From assembly GCA_026023565.1 (NCBI GenBank), contig JAPETS010000053.1, positions 62,001 to 126,000 of the forward strand: a DNA stretch of 64,000 bases. Direction: 5' to 3'. Origin of the DNA: Cirrosporium novae-zelandiae. Its lineage: Eukaryota. Below are positions 10,915 to 21,897 of this stretch, in pieces. The position numbers and the translations under genes are program-made. The stretch's first letter is position 1, and every line of letters starts with the position of its first letter. The notes beneath the pieces are model-generated. The model was given only the letters and a program-made list of their open reading frames with translations. It was not told the DNA's origin and ran no database searches.

Positions 10915-13063
10915 TTACCACTGTGCTGCTGTAGAATCCCATCCACCCTGGGCTGCTGGAATTTCCACCTCAACAACGTTATCAAAGCTACCGGTGTTTT
11001 CTTGGTTATCTTCAGCGTCGACAGGTTTCTTGCAGCGTTTAATAGTATGCCCCACTATCGAAATTAGTATTGGAATCCTCAAGGTATAACAATGGCACTT
11101 ACTTTCTCCGCAATTGTTGCACTTGACACGAGACCAATCTTTTTTCTTTGGACAATCACGAGTGAAATGGCCCACTATTGTTTGTAAGTTGGTTGAGCCT
11201 TACACTTGGAACAAGATTCATACCTTCGTCACAGTTACGGCATTTCGAATTGGCTGGGTTGCGTGGCTCAGTGCATTCCTTTACCATATGGCCTTCTTGT
11301 CTGAACATTGGTTAGGACATTGAAGGTACAGGAATCAAGGCCTAAAGACTTACCCGCAGTTACGGCATGTCTTGGGCTCACGCTTAGGACAATCCTTGAC
11401 AAAGTGGCCCACTGTTTCATTCAGCATCTAATATGAAGAGAGGAACGGACCAACTTACTCTCGCCGCAGTGTTTGCACTCAACACCCTCGGCAGAACGTG
11501 GCTCGGTGCAATCGGAAGCTTTGTGACCTGGTTGGCTATGTTGGGTTAGTCTTTTATCATGAACCAGCGACCTTAAACAACTTTACTCACTTGCAGTTGC
11601 GGCAGAGGTGTTGCTTCTTGCTCTTTCGTTCTTCTGGACAGTCTCGTGCGCGATGTCCTAGTTCGCTGCAGTTGACACATTTCACAACCGTATGTTCAAC
11701 TTCTGTCCTCTCCTCAGGACAACCACGACTAGTATGACCCATTTCTTCAACCATGTTAGCATACAACCTTGGAGTCAGTTATTGAACAAACTTACCGCCA
11801 CAGTTACCACACTTAGGGACCTTCCGATCCTCAGGCAAACCAGCATCCTCAAGACGTTGAATATTGACTCCTGGTGACTCTGGCCATGCCTCCTTGAAAG
11901 CTGCACGCCTTGGGTTTGGAGAATAGTAGAACCCGACTGCATACTTGCAGCCTAGCTTACCCTGCAGGTCAACAAGGACACGGGTATCTCCAATTTCTTG
12001 CGTCTAAGATTATATATTTGTTAGCTTATTGTCACTGAGAAGCATATGACCAGTTGGTACCTTGGCAATCAAGTATGTGTTGAAGCCGTTGTCACGAAAA
12101 GCCGCTTCGAGTTGAGACCAGGTAGTTTCTGGAACAGCTTTGGTGTAGATCTTGATTGCCTGAAGTGAGACCAAGTTAGCATTTTTATTATCTTCAGGTC
12201 TCATAAGAAGATGACAACGTACATCCTTGAAGTCGCTAAGTTCTTTCTCTTCATCGGCCTTCTTTACCATCTCCCAGGCGGCATCTGGCTCCATGATTGG
12301 AACACTGTCATCAGAACGCTTGCGATTGTTCTCACAGTCCTTGGCGAAATGACCTGATTTGTTTCAGTGAAGAGTTTCCTTGGATGTTCTTGAAGACATT
12401 TACCTTCTTCCCCACAGTTCCTGCAAATCTCGGGAGGTCTCTGAGGACATTCTTTGGCTGGATGGCCAGTTTCGTTGCAAATGCGACATTCACCTGTGAA
12501 AACGCGTTGTTTGGAACATTCTGATTTGCCATGACTATAATGGCTCAGCGTGTGAAAGGGGGCTGAGATTGTTAATTGACCACCTACCCTTCTTCGCCGC
12601 AGTTATAGCACTTGATCCCACGTGGCTTTGGGCATTCTCTGGCAAAATGTCCCTGCTCGCCACACCTATGATTGCCACTGTTAGCGTTCTGAAGCAAGGT
12701 AATAGAATGTTATGTTACTGTGGACTTACCTGCGACAGTTGCCATCATCGCTCTTCTCATCAGCATTATCATCGCCGCCGGCATGCTTTGAGGCAGAGAA
12801 GTCATCGCCGGGTTCTTTGATGGCACCACTATCCCAAGTGTCGTTATTGTTGCCGCCACCACCCCACTTGGGCTCAGCACCACCACCATCCCAGGCGGGT
12901 TGGTTGCCTAAATGAGTCATTAGCTGAGGTCAAATAGACTCGGTAAGGAAAGGGTAACGAAGAGTTCGATGAAAGTGACTTCAAGGGGTTGTGAATATGT
13001 GATGGCAAGGTGAGCTCAGATCAGAAAGGATCAAAAAGAGATAGGCTTACCGTTCCAGCTCAT
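10915..13063 (-). CDS. Multi-CCHC zinc-knuckle nucleic-acid-binding protein (CnjB-like), many exons
   Basis: About 11 CX2CX4HX4C knuckles after splicing (e.g. CRICNETGHPAKEC, CVNCSELGHRARDC, CNNCGEMGHTIKRC); central AAWEMVKKADEEKELSDFK domain; G/W-rich N-terminus starting MSWN. Confidence 0.88.
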
Positions 13064-13450
13064 CTTGCCTGGGGGAACTTGAAATAGAAGACAGTCACTG
13101 GTACTAGTTTCGTCAGGCCGAGGGTTGAATTCGGCTTTGACGGTCGAGGTTTAGATGCGAGGAAAGAAAAAATTTGAAGGATGTTAGGGGAGAGAGGAAG
13201 GGTGGAAAAGAAAGAGGAAAAGGAAGAAGAAGGGATGAGATGATGAGGGATAGATATTTTGAACGCGGTGAGTGTGTTCTGACCCCAACAACAATAGAAT
13301 TACTAAATTAGGTCTGGGACCATTCTATTTGGAGCATATTGAAGAATTGGTGGAGGGTTGGCGATATTTCCAGGGGCTGTCCGACTTGGATAGCTGTTGT
13401 CTGATGGTGAATAAATGCTATATCGGACAAGATCAAAGGTCTCGGCAACG

Positions 13451-13530
13451 TACAGGGCCTTATAAGGCCGCATAAGGCCGTACAAGGCCATACGGGGCTG
13501 TACGAGGCCATACGGGGCTATACAGGGCCG
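13451..13530. repeat. 10-bp minisatellite x8 (YAYRRGGCYN), quasi-palindromic
   Basis: tacagggcct tataaggccg cataaggccg tacaaggcca tacggggctg tacgaggcca tacggggcta tacagggccg. Confidence 0.9.
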
Positions 13531-14238
13531 TCTATATTTACATATTATAATATACGGCTTTTTCTTATGGAGACATGTTTGGAAACATGCTCGGATGCTG
13601 CTGCTGCAGAAGACTAGGGTTATGATATTTACACATAAGATTCTCCCTATAAATGCCAATTAGGGGGAACTTTTTTATTTTTTCTTTACCGCAGTAATGA
13701 GGACTGCAAATACTAATTAACTACTTTCGATAGTATGGTACCTGATTAATTAAATGACGATATACTTTCTATATGAGCACAAAGAAAAGTCATAAAGGTT
13801 AATTTTGTAAGGCTGATATGTCGCGCATGGGTACATTTGAAATCCGTAATATCCGAATCCTGTTTCGTGGGGCCCCGCAAAAATTGATTCTTAGACTATC
13901 AGCCACAAGCATTACAGTTCAAGGCGGCAAGCTGACACGGCTAGATAGCTACACGGCAATGGTAATCATTATCAGGACTTGCAAGCAACTCCTCACTCAT
14001 CCGCTGAACTTTAACAGGACAAGCCCAATAGCTGGCTTTAGTACCAAAGTCTCCCCAGAATGATTTCCGCGGCTCCACGAACCAGGTATTGCTCCTAAGT
14101 ACCTAGGCCCCTTGTTCTAACGCTGATGAAGCGCTCTTCTAGAATCCTCTCTTTTTTTAGCCACAATGTGACCAGTCCATTGTCATTCTGACCTTGGAAT
14201 CAATATCTTTGCGTAATGAGCTGAGATGGTATCAACCG

Positions 14239-17200
14239 ATGATGGAAGAAAGCGCTCTTGTCGAGGAGGAACCTTCAGTAGCAAACGGGGAGGAATGGAC
14301 AACTTCTGCTCGCAAACGACGGAAGACTTCTGCAACTAATGGACCAACTAGGAAAAGGGTTTCTCAAGCATGCAACAGATGTCGGAATAGGAAAGATAAA
14401 TGCGATGGACGACGTCGTAAGTACTACCAATATATAAAATGAAATATCCAAGTTTAATTATTTATAGCTTCATGTTCAACCTGCGAGACCCTTGGTATCC
14501 CCTGTTCCTATGATCCGAATACTAAGAAACGTGGCCTTCCTGAAGGATATGTACGCGGGTTGGAAAAACTCTGGGCGTTGGCCATTCATGAACACAAGGA
14601 TATCGAAGAAACCATACTTGAGATACTGGGCGAGGATGGTAGCAAACGAGAAGCTTTGGTTCGAATATGGAACGATGAAGGTTTACCCGAACCACTGATC
14701 GAAACGTGGAAGAAGAGTCGGATACTCCGTCAGCTGGAAAGACTCCTTCCAATCCTTGATCAAACGGACGAGAAAATCGGGAAGAGAAAGCGTGATAATA
14801 TCAATTTAACTCAGTTGAGCACGGAAAAGACAAACACAGAGTTAGAAGGAAATGATTCCGAATGCAGGCCTTCTGGAACTTCCGGTAGAAGTCCAAGTTC
14901 TACTCATTCAATATATTGTCAGATTAGAGGTCCAAAGAGCGATTATGGTAGCCCACAGTCTCAGACTCAGAGTGCATCCGCCAAGCCAAGAGCATTTACT
15001 CTTCCCTCAAACACACGGCGTCTTTTGGACATATATTTCACATACACGCATTGCTGGCTACCCATTATCGAGAGACCAGATGTTCTACGAGTTCTATATA
15101 AATACTCACCAACAAACTTGAATCGCTCGGCATTGCCAACTGGCTCTGGAGAACACGCAACACTCTGGGCAATTCTTGCTTACACCAAGGCTCAGATCCC
15201 AGCCACATATATCTCCCATAATCCGCCTACGGATAATGAAGCAGATAAAACACCATGTGAAGAGTTCTATAGGAGGGCTAGGGATTTGATCCCTCTGGAG
15301 GATGGCACTTTTGAGCTAGGGCATGTTCAAGCACTCCTCATTCTGTCGCTTTATCAAATGATCCGCGGAAATTGGCAAGTTGCTTGGCTACTAAGTGGAC
15401 ATGCTGTGCGAATTGCTATTGACCTTGGCCTGAATAGCTCGTCTGGCGTTGATCTAAAATCAAAGTCTCACGACTGTCCACGAAATAAGCACGTCTTTCT
15501 TGGATGTTTCGTTCTTGATACTATTATCTCAGCAAAGCTCTGTAGACGACCCCATCTTCGGAAAGATGATGTTGATTATACTGGTTTGGTTCAGGAAGAT
15601 GGTCTAGAAGAATGGGACCCTTGGAATGATTGTCTCGGTATGAGTCGGAACAACCTAACTAGCGATCCTCTTGATCCACCCTTTACACTGACTACATTCA
15701 ATCGTCTCGTCTGTATATTAAGAATTCTCAACGAGGTTACACAGAACTCTGCTACTGGATTTGATAAGGCAGATGCGGTCAATCTTCTCTTCACAGAGTT
15801 AAATACTTGGAGTCAGCAGCAACCTCCCGAAACTTTACTTAGCCTTGAAGATGCTATTACGTCTTCTGTCCAACTTACCTTTCTTCCTCACCAGTATAGC
15901 TTACTTTTTACCAAAATTATGACTCTCACTGCATTACAATTGTATTCCTTTGCTACTAAGAAAGCCTTCGGCCCAGGTGGTGTTTTGAAAGCCATGTCAA
16001 GATCTGCAAGGCTAGGTATTTGGCTCTTGAATGTCTTCTCTCAAAGTTATAATTTCCAGATCGCTCCACCGATCTTTGAATACTTTTGTTCCGTCCTCCT
16101 AGACTGTCTAGAGATTGTACGTGAGGATATTAATAATGAACAGATGTCTTATGAGACTTGTTTGGAAATTATGTTGCGGTCTCTTTTGGATATGGAAAAG
16201 TTATCGCCGGGATTCAAGTCACTCAAAATTCGATTCATCAACAGCTTTCAGCTCAGTAATAACCACCAAGCTTCCAGAACGTCTACCCCAAGCAATTCAA
16301 TATGTGATAACATCCAAGGGCCACCAGTCCCAGCAGCAAGCCCGAATGTTCAAGACATAGCAAATTTAGTAAAAGTGCCTTCCAATTCCTCCCAAGGTAT
16401 AGCCGCAGATGAGTTATGGGAGACCTCTCATAAATATTTTCCGTCAGTTATGTTCGACTCGCAATCAGAGGTCCCAGTTTTTCCTGCAGCTCAGTACCAA
16501 TCGCAGAATATCAGAACACAGTCCCACGATAATAAATTGTTTAGTACGTTCGTCTTATCTCGCCGTAACTCACACGGTGCAGACCAAATGACGATGCCTC
16601 ATGAGGACATGTCGACGATAAGTGCTGCTGAACACCCTTCGTCCCAGACATCTCCTGGGCCTCCTGAGTATAGTCTCGAATCCTTGGGTAATTTCCTACC
16701 GTTCGGCACAGCCGACTGGTAAGTTTGTTCATATATTTAAAGCTAAACTTTATATTGACCAGTCTCAGGGATTCCAATATATTACAGGAAACCGCCTGTC
16801 AAGATTTCGCCGTACAGTCAAACACGAATCAAGATGCTATAGATTCTCCCCTGGAATTGACATCCTCGAATAATATGCACACCACACCAACAACGCCTTC
16901 AATGTCAGCCGTTAACGATGCTATATTCAATCTTGCAACCCCTCAAAGTAGCCTAACTCAAGCACCTATAGATACCTTGACGACAAATTTTCTAGACTCT
17001 CTTCGCTTCTATAATATTGGAACCAGTATCCTCTATAGCATCTCCCCCGCTATACATAAAGCCGCTTTTCATGCCTTTTCCATGCCACATGACTACTTGA
17101 TCTACCAAACCTCCTCACTTGCGTCTCTATTTCAACTCTCTCAATCTCCCGACTTCGGAGGGGCTTCCATATCGATGCCTTTCAAGGTCAGTATTGTGCC

Positions 17201-18077
17201 ATCTTTGACATATAAATCCGCCCATGTTCGGGCCATTAACGCAGTCAATACTTTGGTCCCCCTTCGAGCTCGTGCTGATGGAACGGTTCCTTCGTTATCT
17301 GACCAACTTTCTTCAAAACCTGGGGACCGACCTACAGGCCCAGTGGTTGCGTGGTATGGCGAAAACACAGACTGGGTTGGCATTCTCACAACTATCAAGC
17401 GTCACGTCTCTACACTACCACCTCCACTTAATACCATAAATCCGAGCAGCACGGTCGCACTTGTTGTTGGGGCTGGTGGCGTCGCACGCGCAGCCATCTA
17501 CGCCCTCATCCAGTCCCGAGTCACTAGAATTTTCCTCCACAACCGCACTCGCGAGAATGCAGACCGCGTTGCTGCTCAATTCAACAGCTGGGCCGTCCCA
17601 GACCCCGCATTTCCAGGTACCAACGTCGTTACCGTCATCCCATGCAAAGGCAATCCTTGGCCCTCGTTCATAAGCCCCCCAACGATTATCATTAGCTGCA
17701 TCCCCGCTCACAGCGTAGGCGGCTTGCCGGCCGCAAATACATTACTCCCACCCTCATGGCTTAGCAGCCCCTCTGGTGGTATAGTCATTGATTTAGCATA
17801 CCAACCGGTGGACACTCCCCTCCTCAAGCAAGTTCGATCCTGGGCGCGCGAAACCGGAAGACATTGGATCACGGTCAGCGGGCTAGAACCGATTCTGGAG
17901 CAGGCGATTTGCCAATTTGAAGTCATGACGGGGAAGCGAGCACCCAGGGAGATGATGAGGGCGGAGGTTCAGCGAAAATATCAACATTGGATGGGGAAGG
18001 AGGATGGTGATAGATTTGAGTTTGGTGCGGGGGCTGAGGGACTGCAGGGTAGGATTATGGGGGAGGTACAGAGTTGA
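14239..18077 (+). CDS. Zn(II)2Cys6 transcription factor (QutA/qa-1F-like) with C-terminal shikimate/quinate dehydrogenase-like (QutR-like) domain; predicted ~1245 aa from exons 14239-14416, 14468-16718, 16769-18077
   Basis: [31 protein letters not shown] cluster across intron 1; KKRGLPEGYVRGLE; fungal TF middle domain (YFTYTHCWLPIIE, AVRIAIDLGL, EDGLEEWDPW). A GTAAGT...CAG intron (16719-16768) joins in frame to the SDH domain (GGASISMPFK, AVNT, NTDW, GAGGVARAAIYAL, NRT). Confidence 0.82.
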
Positions 18078-18880
18078 TGGGATTTAGAGGAGGGGGTTTT
18101 GGGGGGCATTTGTTTGGTGATTAATTGCAGTAATGTAGATTTCTCTGCTTATTCGACCTTTGGTATATATTAATTCAAGGACATAACTCCATGTTATTGC
18201 TATAATTATTCCATAATTATATAATATCAATAGATTTTCTTCCAATCCTCAACTGTTCATGAAACCTTTTGCTTTTTTTTTCACCGCTTTTCATTAATAT
18301 AATGCCATGATACCCCTAAGCTAGCGCAGAAATCCCTATTACAATCCAATCCCCTCTACATATACCACAGTTCTCCCCTACCCTGCCCCCCATCTAGATA
18401 TCCTAAAAACTAATTCCTCTAGCCTCCCTATCCAATATCAACCCCTCTCCCCCACACACCCCTTCCACCTTGAGGGAAGATGAACTTATAGAGAAAGGAA
18501 AGGCGAGAAGGAGGGAGTATTCTTGTTATTGTCTGCACGAATGACACTCAAGGTTAACATCAATATCATACGGCAGTTTCCTTTATTTGCTTGTCTTTTC
18601 CACTCCTACTCTTATACTACCTTAAATGAATGAATGGGTTTCGCTGGTCCTATTATGGAAAACTTGAGTTGGATAATGATGTTCATAGATGGTGGGTACA
18701 GGACTAAAATTCCTCCATTGAGAAAATCGCTTAAAGCTAGTAATTAAAAGTAGAAATGCCTGGAGCAACTTTATTGCAGCTTCATCCTCTCCAAGGCTGT
18801 AAGTACATGCCATTATCTATTCCTTAAATAATGAAGACTATCTTGACTTCATATATGCTCTTCTCAGTGACCTCGCCATA

Positions 18881-20519
18881 TCAAACTCTCATAACTCCTG
18901 TCACAATCCCCGATTCAAATGCCTTCTTAGCATCCCTTGCCAATTTTCCTCGGAAATAAGTCCACACACCAAGGACCACCAACGTCAAAGGGACCGCGAG
19001 GACCCAAAAGATCCAGAAACTGGACATGGCTACATGAATCCTCCTGTCATCGGTGCTGCCGTCATAATTGAAAAATTGACTGCCGAAAATTGACTGTTAG
19101 GAAAGGTTAGTATCTGACTACAATGTAAAGGCATGTTCACAAACTCCAATAGTGGCAGCAGGTAAGAAGATCAGAGTTGCAAGCGCCATGGTGTGCATCG
19201 AGTTACTATCTCTCTTCATAGTAAAGCTGTCTTGTTGAGTTACTAGGTTGAAAGCCTGGCTTTATCAGCAATTGATCCCTAGTGATTATTTGTCCTTACC
19301 AAATTCAGTATGTTTTCCATCCTTTTTTGTAAACTTATTATCCGCAATTTAGTTGCTTCCAGTGAGACCTCTTCATATTTCAGCCTAGATTGCGTGTCTA
19401 TTATGATATTTTTATTTTGAGCATTCGCCGATTTGGCTAAAAGTTCGTGCTGAGTACGAATGCTGTCGATTGTCTTAAGTGCCGCGTCTGTGCCTTCTTC
19501 CATGTAGATTATATGCTTCGCGACACCATGAAGTCCAGCAAAGTCTTGTTGGTCTGCATAGTTCCTCAAAGAGGCGATTTGAAGGGTACCCTGATCCAAT
19601 TAGTAGATTTCGACAGCATTAGCTAAACGGAACACTCGCCTTCTCGATTGTTGAAAAGGGCCTGGACAAGTCCCAAGCAGTATTGTCTAATCGTCGACAA
19701 TATTCTGATAGGATAATCACAAACAACATATAAGGGTCGACAAGTACGTCCTTCCAACATGAGTTTGCTGCTAGGCGTTCGAAACGCCTTTCTATGCTCG
19801 TCAATGCCCCAAAACAAATTAATATCACAGAGTCACCTTTCCATCTTAGCAAGAAGCCTGCTTGGATCCATGTCCAGTCTCCTTGGCTCAATGGAATCCA
19901 TTCTGATGGTCGTGACTGGGCTTTCTGATTTTGGTGTCTCGGATCTTGAATGTGCCATGCTTCTTGTGGTGTCAAGTTGATATCCTTACTCAGCCAATGG
20001 AACCATGAACCTTTATGTCTGTCAGCCGCTTTGGGGGAACGACATACTTATAATTTGTGTCCCTGGATGGTCTCGATACAGTAGACATACAACTGGAAAC
20101 TTACATTGCCAACCATTGTTATCAATCCGATTTCCAAACGAATTTGTTACCGACTGTATTCTTTCTGAAAGAAACTCGGGCGGAAATGAATAATGTCGGA
20201 AAAGAGCCACAAGACCATTTACTGTTCTTGGTCCTGGCTCATCAAGGTCGGCAAATCTACTTCAATATCAGTCTGATATTGCCACTTTACAACTAGGCAA
20301 GGCGTAGGACATCACTCGAAGTTTCGGTAGACCTAAACGAAACAGAGCTTCTAGCGTGATTCGAGATATTTTTTGCGGCCCATTATTCGGCCATTCGAGG
20401 ATCCCAACCGTTAATGAGTTTGCCTCCGCCCACTGACCCGCCTTGACAAGATGGTTATACCCGTCGTATCGGGTGTCATCGTCACAGAAAGAAACATCTT
20501 GGCGGGGCGGGGAAGCCAT
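18881..20519 (-). CDS. Fungal CorA-like Mg2+-transporter-domain protein, multi-exon
   Basis: Helical region followed by KRDSNSMHTMALATLIFLPAATIG-SIFGSQFF...FWIFWVLAVPLTLVVLGVW, a two-TM C-terminus typical of fungal CorA-like proteins. Confidence 0.72.
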
Positions 20520-21897
20520 GACCCTTGCTTCGTCACCCGTCTAACAACTTGGAAGCAATATTCAGGATATTAAAAATAAATTCTTGAATTGTCCGTCTGC
20601 TAGTAACTGGAATATTTGCAGCTAGACGTCCAAAATTATATGATTCCTATAATTCTCTCGGTGTTGTATAAGTAGTGCTGTGTATAGGATATAGGATCAG
20701 GGGCTCTACGAGACTAGGACTCAAATTTCTTAACTTGGTCTACTTATTCTGACTCAATGCGCCAAGCGATGACGGAAATCAAGTATCTCAACAGGGTGGT
20801 TGAGGCCCAGGGCAGATTATCGTATTGTACTACTACAGTACCGTTTTCAGCTACACCTGAAATCGTGGAAAGGCCCGTGTTTCTACTTAACGATCCAGCA
20901 GGACCCAGCTTTGGTCGAAAACTGGGGAGTAAATTTTCCTGCAGGTCGCTTGCGCCCAGAGCTGTAGGATTCAACTTGTGATACTCGAATTAACCCGAAT
21001 TGGAAAGTATCTCGCTACTAAAAAGGAAATTAGGGTTTAGCAAAGATCATCAAGTGTTTGAATAAGCTCGTAACTTTTAATGCAGGAACGGTGAGCTTAA
21101 TTATTGATCCTGAAATAGGTTATGCCAAGATATTTCAGGTTGCACCACATATCCTGGACTATAATTTATTCGCTGTCCCAAGCGAGAACCCGGTTTCTTT
21201 CCATCAGCCCTCTTCAAAGAATGAACTTAATTTATGATCCGATATCTACTGGCTGCACCTTGTGACGTCTGGAAATTCACGGAGTTTCCGATATTGGGTT
21301 TCATGGGCAGCATACTTGATCCAAAATCAATTCCGTCACACACCACATTTTCCTTGATGCCTCCTGGATATTATGGACATGGCCAATAATCATCACCTTC
21401 TGTTTATGCCTTTCATGGCTCCTTTGATTTTTCGCCGTTGTGCCATACATTATTGTTTTCAATTCGAGGGAAATGGTGGCAAAGATATTAGCTCCTCTTC
21501 CCCGCATAAAAAGCAAATATGTTAGTCCAAAATCTCAACAGAATGACAAGACTATCATCATAAGAGAGCCATATTGACTCATCAGTCATCCAATCATGAA
21601 TGAGGAAAATACGCCGAATACGATAGTACATATCATACCAAGTTGCTCTCTATGAGTTGGTTCCAGGCCTACCAAGAATAGCATGGAGTGTTATGTTCAC
21701 CACGGGGAGGGCGTTCAACGTCTTTCCGCAAATCGAATTAAAATTTGTGCGACCTTGGCAAGGCTGAAAGACTCTATATTCAAATAGTATTTATAGGCCT
21801 CGACTCGTTTTCCTTTTCCTTTAAATTTCTCAAGGAACCGGATATACATTGTGCCCTGCCATCCTGCTATTGTAGCTTCATAAACCAACGATCCTCA

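Noticed and set aside
20744..21700. Short ORFs between the CorA-like and HET-like genes
   Set aside because: No recognisable motifs or consistent splice model; probably divergent promoter DNA.
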